Assembly (NCBI GenBank): GCA_963736115.1
Contig: CAVTNR010000015.1
Location: forward strand, 1-57,910
Reading direction: 5' to 3'
DNA length: 57,910 bases
DNA from: an uncultured bacterium
GTDB lineage: Bacteria; Zhuqueibacterota; QNDG01; DTFT01
Both the position numbers and the translations under genes were made by a program. Under the pieces are notes generated by a model. That model worked only from the letters and a program-made list of their open reading frames with translations, was not told the DNA's origin and made no database searches. Shown here one piece after another: positions 46,899 through 57,000 of the stretch (positions are counted from its first letter, which is position 1; the number at the start of each line of letters is the position of its first letter).

Positions 46899-49800
46899 TT
46901 ACAGCTCGAACTTCAGGCCGAAACGCACCTGGCGCGGTTCCTGAAGGCCGAAGGTTCCGCACTGCGTAATCCAGGCCTTGTACCACTTCACGTAATCCGG
47001 GCCGTTCAGAGCGGCCGCCGCTTTGCCGGCGTCGGTCTGGAGCCATCCGTCCGTATCCGGACGGCCGGTTCCCCGGTAACCGCTGACGATGGACTTGGTT
47101 CCGAGCAGATTGACGGCCCAGATATACGCGTTCAGTTTCACCGGCCCGACCGTGATGTCCTTGTCCAGCTTGGCATCGAGCTGATAGAACCAGGGCAGGC
47201 TACCCGCGTTCATGGAAGTCAGAGGCGCGGGCGCGTTGAAGCCGTAGAACTCGCTGGTGGCGTCCGTCACGGCGATCGGCGTATAGGGACTGCCGCTGTG
47301 GAAATTGAACGCCAGGTTCAGGCCGACGCGACCCAGGGGCCGCATACCCAGCAGGGCCGGTCCGTCCTCGTCGAGGGTGCGGAAATCGAGCAGGATGGAG
47401 CCCTTGTGCCGGATATCGTAATCGAGGGACGCGATCACCTTCGGGAAACTCGGCGTCTCGTTTTCCTGCCAGGCGATGTCATTGTGGCTCGACACCGAGG
47501 AGCCGGTGCCCTGGGCCACGGAATACGTGTAGTTCACCGTGGACTGGATGCGGGCCGTCCGGCGGAGGTTGAACGTGGCCGACAGACCCTTGATGGTGCC
47601 GAAGTCGGTGTTCGCCGTCCAGGTGGCCGGCCGGTAATCGAGCACGCGCGGGACGATGAGGTAGCGCTGCAGCAGGTCCCGGGTGTCCTTGTAGAAGGCC
47701 GTCACGTCGAGGGCCGCGTTCGTGCCGAAGCCCATCTGGAAGCCGAATTCATACGAAGTCTGCTTTTCGGGCTTCAAATTCGGATTCGGCAGCGGCGCGA
47801 AGTAGCCGCCGTACAGGAAGTACAGCAGGTTGGTATAGCCGCGGCTTCCCCAGACCTCGAACGGGTCCGGCGCCTGGTAGTACTTGCCGAATGTGGCGTG
47901 GAACGTGGCCTTGTCCGTGACCGGGAAGGAGAATCCCAGTCTCGGGCTCACGAAATGATAGGTCTTCTTTTCGCCGAACAGGGACTCATCGATGCCGCCG
48001 TTGCTTCCCCTGACCAGAGAATCGAGATTCGCCATGGAAGCGACGCCGTTGTCGAAGTAGTCGTAGCGCAGGCCCGCGCTGATGATCAGGTCGCGCATCT
48101 CGATTTTGTCCTGCACGTAGAAAGCGCCGATTTTCGGTTCCATCGGGGCATTGCGCAGGTTGAATGAGGTTTCTCCGGGCAGACCGAGCTTGGAGGCCAC
48201 GACCTGGTCCTCGTCGACCTCATTGCCCAGCCAGTCGTAACCGATCATGCGGGGGAACAGGGCCTTGTAGGCGTCGTACTCGGTGTACTGAGTGGGATCC
48301 TTCGCGACCTGGGCCATACGCGCGGCCAGGTTGAAGGCCTGGAACGAGAACCAGCGAATTTTCTGGAGCTGGAATTCGCCGCCGAGTTTGACTTCATGAG
48401 CCTTGCCGAACTGCTTGGTGAAGTCCAGCTTGCCGGTCATACGGGTCTGGTCACGCTTGGAGTACCCGTTGTTGCCTGTGTTGGGCGTGCCCGGGAAATC
48501 CCAGTTCATGCTGTCGTCGAACGGAAGATACCACTGCCGCTCGAGACTGGTGTCGACCAGAGCGGTGTTGTAGGCGGGATCGCCGTACTTCGCCCAATCG
48601 GTCCCGAGCACCGGATCCTTGGATTCGTTGAACTCGTTGAACAGACTCAGGTTCAGCGTGTAAAACGAAGTGGGATTGATAGTGTGCGTGAGGTTCAGAT
48701 AGCCGGTGTAATTGGTGATGTAGGTCACGTTGGACCGCACCGGCGTGGTCAGCAGGGCCAGCGGATTGGCGGTTTCGCCGGTCTGCCTTTCTTTCTGGTA
48801 AGAGCCGCCGACCTTGACCCGGAACGGCCTGAAATCAAAGGTCAGGTTGCCGTTGCCCATGTATCCGTACGTACCGCCGCCGGGCAGACGGCCGGCCGGA
48901 ATGTCGATTGCGATGGTGTCCGTCAGGTTGACCTTGGTCCCTTCGGATGTATTGGCGTTCGACAGGACCTGAATGGGATCCTGCTGGAAGCCTTCGAACC
49001 AGGTCGCCTGAGACAGGCGGTTGTACATCTGGCCCGCGCCGAAGAACCGGACGTTCTTCATAAAGGGAACCGGTCCGCCCGCGGTGAGGACGTAGTCATT
49101 GTACCCGTAGGAATAGAGTTTGTCGATGCCGAGGATCTGATAGGACGAATTGGCGTCTTTCTGGAGGGCCCAGAAATCGTCCGAAATGACTTCGCCCGTG
49201 AGGCTGTACTTGGAGCCGCCGCTTTTCGTGGTGACCGCGGTGAGGCCGCCCAGCTTGCCCCCGTATTCGGCGCCGAAGTTGCCGGTCTGCATCTGGACTT
49301 CTTCGATGGCATTGTTGATCACCGAGACGCCCAGGAATTGCTCGGCTGTTCCGCCGTCCGTCATCTTCGTGACGTTGACGCCGTCCATGTAATAGCCGGT
49401 TTCGTCGGCCCGGCCGCCGCGCACGTGCAGGACGCCGTTGTCGTTGATCACGCCGGCCATGGTCGCGATCACCGCATTGACGCCGCGCACCGGCATCTGA
49501 GCGATTTCTTCACCGCGCAGGACATGGACTTCGTTGGTCTGGGCCTTGTCCACCAGGGGCTTTTCAGCGACGATGGAGACCTGCTGGCCCTGGAGGACCG
49601 TTTTCGCCATTTTCAGGTCACGGAAAGTGGTCGTTCCGTCATTGACGATGATGTTGCTGATTTCCATTCTCTGAAATCCCATGTAGGACGATACGAGAAC
49701 GTATTTGCCCACCGGGACGTTCAGGATGACGTATTCGCCGTTCATGTCCGTTGCGGCGCCCATGGACGAGCCCTGGACGACGACGTTCGCGCCCATAAGC

Positions 49801-49925
49801 GGTTCGCCCGTTTCAGCGTCGGTCACCCATCCGCGGATTTTGCCCGCGCCGCTTGCCGCGGCGGGAATCAGGGCTGCAACCACGAAGAGGGTCAACAATA
49901 GCCTCAACACGTTTCCGAGTTTCAT
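46899..49925 (-). CDS. TonB-dependent receptor with N-terminal carboxypeptidase-regulatory-like domain
   Basis: GKIRGWVTDAETGEPLMGANV, plug LHVRGGRADET.Y.MDG..GNFGAEYG, YVQDK.E, SPRLG, NPNLKPE, C-terminal PRQVRFGLKFEL; AAGGAGG RBS. Confidence 0.93.
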   Translation of the reverse strand: MKLGNVLRLLLTLFVVAALIPAAASGAGKIRGWVTDAETGEPLMGANVVVQGSSMGAATDMNGEYVILNVPVGKYVLVSSYMGFQRMEISNIIVNDGTTTFRDLKMAKTVLQGQQVSIVAEKPLVDKAQTNEVHVLRGEEIAQMPVRGVNAVIATMAGVINDNGVLHVRGGRADETGYYMDGVNVTKMTDGGTAEQFLGVSVINNAIEEVQMQTGNFGAEYGGKLGGLTAVTTKSGGSKYSLTGEVISDDFWALQKDANSSYQILGIDKLYSYGYNDYVLTAGGPVPFMKNVRFFGAGQMYNRLSQATWFEGFQQDPIQVLSNANTSEGTKVNLTDTIAIDIPAGRLPGGGTYGYMGNGNLTFDFRPFRVKVGGSYQKERQTGETANPLALLTTPVRSNVTYITNYTGYLNLTHTINPTSFYTLNLSLFNEFNESKDPVLGTDWAKYGDPAYNTALVDTSLERQWYLPFDDSMNWDFPGTPNTGNNGYSKRDQTRMTGKLDFTKQFGKAHEVKLGGEFQLQKIRWFSFQAFNLAARMAQVAKDPTQYTEYDAYKALFPRMIGYDWLGNEVDEDQVVASKLGLPGETSFNLRNAPMEPKIGAFYVQDKIEMRDLIISAGLRYDYFDNGVASMANLDSLVRGSNGGIDESLFGEKKTYHFVSPRLGFSFPVTDKATFHATFGKYYQAPDPFEVWGSRGYTNLLYFLYGGYFAPLPNPNLKPEKQTSYEFGFQMGFGTNAALDVTAFYKDTRDLLQRYLIVPRVLDYRPATWTANTDFGTIKGLSATFNLRRTARIQSTVNYTYSVAQGTGSSVSSHNDIAWQENETPSFPKVIASLDYDIRHKGSILLDFRTLDEDGPALLGMRPLGRVGLNLAFNFHSGSPYTPIAVTDATSEFYGFNAPAPLTSMNAGSLPWFYQLDAKLDKDITVGPVKLNAYIWAVNLLGTKSIVSGYRGTGRPDTDGWLQTDAGKAAAALNGPDYVKWYKAWITQCGTFGLQEPRQVRFGLKFEL

Positions 49926-50281
49926 GAACCATGCCTCCTTCACTTGATGATTGGACGGCTCACCCTTTCAACGACCCCGCTTGAAGAACACAGGGTTCCG
50001 TTCGCGGGATGCCAATACACAATGACCGCGGACAGCACCTCCTTTCCCGTGACTAATTTCTTTTCGAGAATATTCCAAAGTTTCAAATATTCAGGTATGG
50101 CGTTAAATAAAAATGCCATCAGCCTTTGTCATTCGGGCGAATGACCGGAACTGATGGACCGCGTCTCTGATCTTCCCGTTTCCCTGTCCTCCTGCTGAGC
50201 CGATTCAATGCACTTGCCAACGGCGGAGAATCAGAATGTGCCGCGTAAATGTCCCCTCACGGAGTTCGAAATGCGACACTA

Positions 50282-50310
50282 ATTATATGAATAACAAACA
50301 AATTTGTCAA
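50282..50310 (-). promoter_or_regulatory. Consensus sigma70 promoter for the receptor operon
   Basis: Exact TTGACA-17-TATAAT on the minus strand. Confidence 0.8.
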
Positions 50311-50503
50311 GTGTTTTTTTCATTTTATAGCCGCTGATCTCCGGAAAAAACCGCCTGACGGCTCACTCGTCCGTCCGGCGATGCGGTCCTTTATCCGAAA
50401 AATGTGTCTTTACCGACCTTATCCGGGGCATGGGGGCCGCCGAATCCCCCCGAAAATGGGGCAAACCGGCCTGTCGGCTGCTGAATATATAATAGAATAT
50501 TCC

Positions 50504-50543
50504 AAAAATCAGAGGTCGTTACAGGCTTGACTGTAACGACCTC
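50504..50543 (-). terminator. Terminator after clpX
   Basis: GAGGTCGTTACAG-6nt-CTGTAACGACCTC followed by TGATTTTT. Confidence 0.7.
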
Positions 50544-50608
50544 CCAATGCTCTATAAAATAGATGATTACGCTCGGGCCGCCTGAAATCCTCCGCTTCCG
50601 GCCTGCTT

Positions 50609-51853
50609 TCAGGCCCTGGACCGCTTCCGTGTCTCCTGCCTGGACCTGAAAATCGGGTCCTGGCCCTTGAGAATGACGCCTTCCGTGATGATACAGTCGT
50701 CCACCTTGTCCATGGAGGGCATTTCGTACATCACATCGAGCATGGCGCTCTCGAGAATGGACCGCAAAGCCCGTGCGCCGGTTTTCTTCTTCATGGCGAG
50801 CCGCACCACGGCCTGCAAAGCCTCTTCCTCGAATTCGAGCCGGACCCCGTCCATCTGAAACAGCCGCTGGTACTGCTTGACCAGGGCGTTTTTCGGCTCG
50901 ATCAGGATGCGCATCAGCGTCGGCTCATCGAGCTCGGCCAGAGTGGTCATCACGGGCAGGCGGCCGATCAGCTCGGGAATCAAACCGAACTGCAGCAGGT
51001 CGTCAGGCTCCACCCGCTTCAGAAGTTCGCCGACCGTGGCCTCCCGGCGGTGCACCACCTCGCTTCCGAATCCCATCACCTTCCTGCCGATCCGCCGTGC
51101 CACGATCTTTTCGAGCGTCTCGAACGAGCCGCCGCAGATGAACAGGATGTCCTTGGTGTTCACGTTGATCAGGGGCTGTTCCGGGTGTTTGCGGCCGCCC
51201 TTCGGCGGCACGGACACGATCGAACCCTCCAGCAGTTTCAGCAGACCCTGCTGAACCCCCTCGCCCGACACGTCGCGCGTGATCGACGACCCCTCGGCTT
51301 TGCGCGCGATCTTGTCGATCTCGTCCACGTACACGATGCCCTTTTCCGCGCGTTCAAGCCGGTAATCGGCCGCCTGCAGGAGGCGCACCAGCACATTCTC
51401 GACGTCCTCGCCCACGTAGCCCGCCTCGGTGAGGGTCGTCGCGTCCGCGATGGCAAAAGGTACCTGGAGGAACCGGGCCAGGGTCAGGGCCATGAGCGTC
51501 TTGCCCGTGCCCGTGGGGCCAACGAGCAGGATGTTGCTCTTGGCGAGCTCCACATCGGACGGGTGCTCGTCCACGCCCACCCGTTTATAATGATTGTACA
51601 CGGCCACGGCGATCGCGCGTTTCGCGTCGTCCTGGCCGATGACGTACTTGTCGAGCTCGTCCTTGATCTCGCGGGGCACGGGAAGGGGCTGGACCAGCTT
51701 CAGGGACCGGCGCTGCTTGTCGCTCCGGATAATGTCCTCCGCGTACCGGACGCATTCACTGCAGATATTGACGCCCGGTCCGGTGACGATCGCCTCGACC
51801 TCGTCCGAGGAGCGGTTGCAGAAGGAGCAGGTGTAGGCCGGAGGATTCGTCAT
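50609..51853 (-). CDS. clpX: ATP-dependent Clp protease ATP-binding subunit
   Basis: CSFC..ICSEC zinc finger, [44 protein letters not shown]. Confidence 0.98.
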   Translation of the reverse strand: MTNPPAYTCSFCNRSSDEVEAIVTGPGVNICSECVRYAEDIIRSDKQRRSLKLVQPLPVPREIKDELDKYVIGQDDAKRAIAVAVYNHYKRVGVDEHPSDVELAKSNILLVGPTGTGKTLMALTLARFLQVPFAIADATTLTEAGYVGEDVENVLVRLLQAADYRLERAEKGIVYVDEIDKIARKAEGSSITRDVSGEGVQQGLLKLLEGSIVSVPPKGGRKHPEQPLINVNTKDILFICGGSFETLEKIVARRIGRKVMGFGSEVVHRREATVGELLKRVEPDDLLQFGLIPELIGRLPVMTTLAELDEPTLMRILIEPKNALVKQYQRLFQMDGVRLEFEEEALQAVVRLAMKKKTGARALRSILESAMLDVMYEMPSMDKVDDCIITEGVILKGQDPIFRSRQETRKRSRA

Positions 51854-52461
51854 GTGGCGGTTTTCCCCCTGCTGGTTTTGCGGTCACGCGTGAGAATCTC
51901 GTCCACGATGCCGTACGCCTTCGCCTCCTCGGCGGAGAGGAAGAAGTTCCGGTCGGTGTCCTTGGCGATCTTCTCGACCGGCTGTCCCGTGTGTTTGGCG
52001 AGGATGCCGTTGAGCTTCTCGCGGATGACCAGGATCTCGCGCGTCTGGATCTCGATGTCCGTGGCCTGGCCCTGGGCCCCGCCCAGGGGCTGGTGAATCA
52101 TCACGCGCGCATGCGGCAGGATGGAGCGTTTGCCTTTCGCGCCCGCGGCGAGCAGGACGGCGCCGAAGCTGGACGCCTGTCCCATGCAGATGGTGGCCAC
52201 GTCCGACTTGACGTACTGCATGGTGTCGTAGATGGCCATGCCGGAGGTCACGTAGCCGCCCGGAGAATTCAGGTACAGGAAGATGTCCTTCTCCGGGTCC
52301 TCCGCGTCGAGAAAGAGGAGCTGGGCGATGACCAGGCTCGCCACGGTGTCGTCAATGCCCGTTCCGATGAAAACGATGCGCTCTTTGAGCAGGCGGGAGA
52401 AAATGTCATAGGCCCGTTCTCCGCGTCCGGTCTGTTCCACAACAATGGGCACCAAGCTCAT
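51850..52461 (-). CDS. clpP: ATP-dependent Clp protease proteolytic subunit
   Basis: [35 protein letters not shown]. Confidence 0.98.
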   Translation of the reverse strand: MSLVPIVVEQTGRGERAYDIFSRLLKERIVFIGTGIDDTVASLVIAQLLFLDAEDPEKDIFLYLNSPGGYVTSGMAIYDTMQYVKSDVATICMGQASSFGAVLLAAGAKGKRSILPHARVMIHQPLGGAQGQATDIEIQTREILVIREKLNGILAKHTGQPVEKIAKDTDRNFFLSAEEAKAYGIVDEILTRDRKTSRGKTAT

Positions 52462-52531
52462 GGATATCTCCTGTTCAGTATTGAATAAAAAAAATCACAT
52501 CGATCGCAATTGACCGACTGACCCCCGGTGA

Positions 52532-52590
52532 TGTCATTGCGAGCCCGCCACCGACCAGGTCGGGGGCCGGCTCGGCGGGCGAAGCAATCC
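52532..52590 (+). repeat. GTCATTGCGAG...GAAGCAATC REP-like element with nested palindrome
   Basis: TGTCATTGCGA-GCCCGCC-[ACCGACCAGGTCGGGGGCCGGCTC]-GGCGGGC-GAAGCAATCC. Confidence 0.65.
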
Positions 52591-52610
52591 CTCCCGCAAC
52601 GGGATCGGGC

Positions 52611-53900
52611 TTACATCCCCTCCGGCGCGGCCGCGGGCGGCGCCACGACAACCTCCTTGACCTTCGACTTCTCCAGGAGGAAATCCATCACCTTTTCCTC
52701 GAGCAGGGCGTCCTTCAGTTCCTCCATCCGTGAAGGATTCTTGAAACGCGCCCGTATCCGTTTCTCGTCCGTGGGCCTGACCTCAATCTGACGCTGGATG
52801 GCGGCCTGCGCGTCCTCGTCCGTCACGGCGATGGCCGCAGCGGAACCGATGGCCGTCCAGATGCGCCTCCACTTGAGGTTCCACGCGACCATCGGAAGAT
52901 GGCGCTGACGCGCTTCCTCCTCCGAAACGCCGGGATTCTGCTTTTCGAATTCCTCGAAGAACCGGCGGAAGGAATACTCGACCAGACTGGGCGGCAGTTC
53001 GAAATCATTTTTGCGGACGATCTGGTCCGCGATGCGCTGGAGCGTCTGCTTCCGGGTATACACGTCCCGGTCGGCCTCCAATATCTTCCGCAGGCCCTGG
53101 CGCATGGCCTCCACATTCTCGAAGTCGCCCGTCTTTTTCGCGAAGGCGTCATCCGCGACCGGAAGGTTTTTCTCGTGCACGGCCCGGACCTGGATGGCGT
53201 AACGCTTCTCCTCGTCCCTGGGCTTGCCCTTCTCGTCCGGTGTTTTTTCCGTGACCGTGAACTGCCGCGTCTCGCCCGTGGTGACGCCCGTCAGCTGGTC
53301 GCGGACCGCGTCCCCGAGCGGCGGCCGGCCGAGTTCGATCCAGCGGTCGTTCCACTTACGGCCGATGATCGGCACGCCCGACGCGTCCAACGCCTGAATG
53401 TCGCCGTGGACCAGATCACCGACGCGCGCGCCGGCCTCGGCCGGCTTGACCTCGGCGTTCCGCTCGCGCAAGTCGTCGATCACCCGGTCAATCTGCTCTT
53501 CGCTGATTTTCCAGGTTTCGCGGTCGACTTTAATACCCTCGTAATCCTTCGGACTGATTTCGGGTTCGACCTCGATTTCCGCCTTGAAGCGCAGGGGTTC
53601 CCCCTCCTTGTACTGGACGTCCTTGAGCACGGCCGGCGCGACCGGATGCAGGCCGTTCTCATCCACCGCTTTGCGGTAGAAGACTTCGGCCAGGTCTTCC
53701 GCGATATCGGATTCCAACGCCTGTCCGAAACGCTGGCGGAGAATGGAGACCGGAACCTTTCCTTTACGGAATCCGTCGATCCGGATCCGTTTCTGCATGG
53801 AGCGGAGCGCCTCCTCCCGGTGCGGGGCCACTTCATCCGCAGGGACTTCGACGGACAATTCCTTTTTCCATGTTTTCGGGGAAGCCACTTCGGATTTCAA
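52611..53900 (-). CDS. tig: Trigger factor
   Basis: IDGFRKGKVP ribosome-binding motif; context tRNA-Leu-tig-clpP-clpX; TTG start. Confidence 0.93.
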   Translation of the reverse strand: MKSEVASPKTWKKELSVEVPADEVAPHREEALRSMQKRIRIDGFRKGKVPVSILRQRFGQALESDIAEDLAEVFYRKAVDENGLHPVAPAVLKDVQYKEGEPLRFKAEIEVEPEISPKDYEGIKVDRETWKISEEQIDRVIDDLRERNAEVKPAEAGARVGDLVHGDIQALDASGVPIIGRKWNDRWIELGRPPLGDAVRDQLTGVTTGETRQFTVTEKTPDEKGKPRDEEKRYAIQVRAVHEKNLPVADDAFAKKTGDFENVEAMRQGLRKILEADRDVYTRKQTLQRIADQIVRKNDFELPPSLVEYSFRRFFEEFEKQNPGVSEEEARQRHLPMVAWNLKWRRIWTAIGSAAAIAVTDEDAQAAIQRQIEVRPTDEKRIRARFKNPSRMEELKDALLEEKVMDFLLEKSKVKEVVVAPPAAAPEGM

Positions 53901-53927
53901 AAAATGCGTCCTTTCTGCTATAGTAAT

Positions 53928-53991
53928 GCCCCCCTTTTTAAAGGGGGGCCGCTGTCGGCGACGCTTTGCGTCGCGAACAACGGGGGGATTT
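53928..53991 (-). repeat. AAATCCCCCC...CCCCCCTTTAAAAAGGGGGG REP-like element with nested palindrome
   Basis: Outer poly-C/poly-G hairpin; inner GTTGTTC-GCGACGC-AAA-GCGTCGC-CGACAGC. Confidence 0.6.
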
Positions 53992-53995
53992 TACG

Positions 53996-54080
53996 TGCGA
54001 GAGAAGGGACTCGAACCCTTAACCCGCCGAGCGGGACCAGATCCTAAATCTGGCGCGTCTACCAATTTCGCCACTCTCGC
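53996..54080 (-). tRNA. tRNA-Leu(TAG)
   Basis: GCGAGAG/CTCTCGC acceptor stem, anticodon arm CCAGA-TTTAGGA-TCTGG, variable arm, GGTTCGAGTCC. Confidence 0.95.
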
Positions 54081-54287
54081 GAGAACAAATCAAATGAAGG
54101 ACCCCGCCGCAAACGGTGAGGCGCCACAAAATGCGCGGATGATGGCCACCCCATGCGACAGGGGAACTAACTCGTCGGAGCGGCCAGAAGCCCCATTTCC
54201 TATCTTTCGGAAAAACTGGAAACAGAAAACATGGCTTCTGGCCGCCCGATTAATTTACTGAACCATTCGAACAAAAACAATGATAAA

Positions 54288-54728
54288 TCAGCCGTCACAT
54301 CCCGTTTTCTTCAGGTATTCCCCCTCCTTCCGCCGCATCTCCTCCCTGCCGCTCTTCGTCCCGTCGTCGTACCCGAGCAGGTGCAGAACGCCGTGTATCA
54401 CGCACCTGGCCAGCTCCTGCACCGGGGGAACCCCGTATTCCGCCGCCTGCTCGCCGGTCCGCTCGACGCTCACATACACTTCCCCCCAGGTCCCGCCCTC
54501 CTCCCCGAGAGGAAACGCAATCACGTCCGTCGGGCGGTCCTTTCTCAGAAACCGTGCGTTCAGCTCACGGATGAAGGCATTGTCCGTCAGCACGACGGAG
54601 AGTTCGCCTTTCGGAAGACCTTTCCGGCCGTGTCCTTCGCCCGCCAGCACGGTCTCCGCGATCCGCCGGACCGTTCTATCCGGCAGGGGGGACGGGGCTT
54701 TCCGGTTCCTTTGGATCCGGACGCTCAT
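54288..54728 (-). CDS. ybeY: rRNA maturation RNase YbeY
   Basis: LN..F..KDRPTDVIAF, IHGVLHLLGYD; the third metal-binding His reads as Asp (GYDD). Confidence 0.9.
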   Translation of the reverse strand: MSVRIQRNRKAPSPLPDRTVRRIAETVLAGEGHGRKGLPKGELSVVLTDNAFIRELNARFLRKDRPTDVIAFPLGEEGGTWGEVYVSVERTGEQAAEYGVPPVQELARCVIHGVLHLLGYDDGTKSGREEMRRKEGEYLKKTGCDG

Positions 54729-57000
54729 CTTTTACCTCCCGTTCGCCGGACCGGGGTTTCGCCGGCGGTTCACGGTCCGGGTACTGGACGCGCGCGTGGA
54801 ACGTGCCGTCCAGAATGTTCAGAAAGGCCTCCTTGATGCGCTCCAGGTCGCGCAGCGTGAGCGGTGATTCGTCCAGTTCTCCGGCCTTGAACCGGTCGTC
54901 CACCAGGCTCTCAATCAGCCCCTTGAGCCGGCTGTGGGTCGGCTGTTTCAGGGACCGTGACGCCGCCTCGATGGCGTCCGCGAGCATGACGATGGCGGAC
55001 TCCTTGGTCTGCGGCTTGGGGCCCGGATACCGGTAGTCCTCCTCGTTCACGTCTTCGTCACGGGCCTTCTGCGCCACGGCTTTCTGGTAGAAGAACTGCA
55101 TGACCGACCGGCCGTGGTGCTCGGTCATGATGGCCTGTATCGCCGAAGGCAGGCGGTGCTGTTCCGCCAGTTCGAGGCTCCGCTTCACGTGGTTCGAAAG
55201 AATCAGTGCGCTCATGCGCGGCGACAGCTTCCGGTGCGGATTCTTCGCCCCGAGCTGGTTCTCGACAAAATATTCCGCCTTGTCGATCTTGCCGATGTCG
55301 TGATAATAGGAGCCCACGCGGGCCAGCAGGGAATTCGCGTTCACCGCCTGCGAGCCGGCCTCCGCCAGGTTGCCGACCAGGATGGAATGGTGGTAGGTGC
55401 CGGGGGCCTCGACCGAAAGCTGTTTCAGCAGGGGGTGATTCAGGTTCGAGAGCTCCAGGAGCGAGAAATCGGTCGCGATATCGAACGTGGATTCGAACAG
55501 CGCCAGAAGCCCGTACACCACGATGGGCGAGAACAGCCCGTTGATCGCGGCGAACCGCCAGGCCGAGAATATTTCCCGGGGCGGGAGGTATCCGATCAGT
55601 CCCATGAACGTGACCGCGAACACGTGCGCTCCGGTCATGATCAGCACGGCCTGGATGAGCTGTCTCCGGCTCCGGACGCGCTTGATGACGATCACGCCCA
55701 CCACGCCCGCGAAAAAGGAGACCGCCGTCAGCACATAGGCGTTGCCCCACAGCCCGCCGGCCAGCACGCTGATCAGGGCGCTGGCCGCGAACCCGATGCG
55801 CGCATCGAACATGGCGGCGATCAGCATGGACCCCGCGGACACAGGCACGAGGAACTCGGACGCCCCGGTCCGGTGCATGAGGGAAGCCGCGGCCGCGACG
55901 ATCACGGTCACGAAGCAGAGCAGAAAAACCGATTTCGTCCGGCCGAGCAGTTCCGGCTCCTCAAAATGCACCACGACCGCGAAAAGGAACAACAGGGATA
56001 GAACGAAGGCCACCTTTCCGGCGACCGGCAGGAAACGGCGGAGCCCCGACTCGCGGAGGCCGCGCTCGGTCATCTTGGCGGACAGGGAGACGAGCTTCTG
56101 CCGGATGTCCGGCGTGATGCGCTCGTTCCGGTCCACGATTTTCTCGTTCTCGAACACGAATCCGCTGGACAGCGGAACGCGGGCGACGGCCGACCGGATC
56201 CGGCCGCGGAAGCCCTCCACGTCCGCGTTCAAATTGGGCGTGATCAGCCACTGGGCCAGCAGGGCGGCCGCACCGATCAGGTCCGGCTCCGCGGGAAACG
56301 CCTTCGCAGCCGCCTCGGCCGCGGCCCGGCCGGCCTCCTCCGTATCGAAAACGGACTTGCCGGGAACGGCTCTTTCCGACGCGCCCTCCCCGACGAGCAC
56401 CGTGCCGCCGTCCGGCAGGAATTCCTTTTTCGAGAGGTTCAGGATTCCCGCGTCGACCGATTCCCGCAGGGACCGGCGCAGAACCGACGCGAACCGCTCG
56501 AAATCCACATCTTTCCGGATCAGGCTTTTCCAGTGTTCCGGCCTGAGCCCGGGAACCGGGATGCTTCTCTGCAGGGAATCGGCAAGTGGTTCCAGACGTC
56601 CGGGACGGAGGGCGCCTTCCTGCCGGGCGCGCCTCACGGCTTCCATCAGCCCGTCCAGCCGCTTCAGGATGCGTCCGGAACCGTCCGGTTCCCGGACGAA
56701 AACGGGCAGGATGTCGGCCGTGGCCTGTCCCCTTTCGATCCGGACCTGCTCGTTTGTTTTCAGTATCTCGAAGTCGAACGGCGCCACGACGCGCCGGTTG
56801 CTGACGCTTCCGGTCGCCAGGTCGGCGTACTGCAGGGACTGGCCGTGCGGGAACAGGGCGGTCAGCATGGCGGCCGTCGCGGCCGCGATGAACCACCGTG
56901 CCCATCCGGCCTGGGGCTCGTCGGCCTTCAGCCAGAAATCATGCCGCGCCCGCCGCCGCCTGAAGCGTGCCCACAGGGTGCCGAGAATATCGCGTATCAT
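54676..57000 (-). CDS. 7TM-HD (HDIG) phosphohydrolase, PgpH-like
   Basis: Extracellular domain, TM bundle, APGTYHHS, YHDIGK, EHHG, YPGPKPQTKE, MLADAIEAA. Confidence 0.92.
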   Translation of the reverse strand: MIRDILGTLWARFRRRRARHDFWLKADEPQAGWARWFIAAATAAMLTALFPHGQSLQYADLATGSVSNRRVVAPFDFEILKTNEQVRIERGQATADILPVFVREPDGSGRILKRLDGLMEAVRRARQEGALRPGRLEPLADSLQRSIPVPGLRPEHWKSLIRKDVDFERFASVLRRSLRESVDAGILNLSKKEFLPDGGTVLVGEGASERAVPGKSVFDTEEAGRAAAEAAAKAFPAEPDLIGAAALLAQWLITPNLNADVEGFRGRIRSAVARVPLSSGFVFENEKIVDRNERITPDIRQKLVSLSAKMTERGLRESGLRRFLPVAGKVAFVLSLLFLFAVVVHFEEPELLGRTKSVFLLCFVTVIVAAAASLMHRTGASEFLVPVSAGSMLIAAMFDARIGFAASALISVLAGGLWGNAYVLTAVSFFAGVVGVIVIKRVRSRRQLIQAVLIMTGAHVFAVTFMGLIGYLPPREIFSAWRFAAINGLFSPIVVYGLLALFESTFDIATDFSLLELSNLNHPLLKQLSVEAPGTYHHSILVGNLAEAGSQAVNANSLLARVGSYYHDIGKIDKAEYFVENQLGAKNPHRKLSPRMSALILSNHVKRSLELAEQHRLPSAIQAIMTEHHGRSVMQFFYQKAVAQKARDEDVNEEDYRYPGPKPQTKESAIVMLADAIEAASRSLKQPTHSRLKGLIESLVDDRFKAGELDESPLTLRDLERIKEAFLNILDGTFHARVQYPDREPPAKPRSGEREVKDERPDPKEPESPVPPAG

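Noticed and set aside
50458-50485. c-di-GMP-I riboswitch (GGGCAAACC)
   Set aside because: The GNRA-capped P2 and the downstream CGCAAAG-type motif are absent, and the orientation is opposite to the flanking genes.
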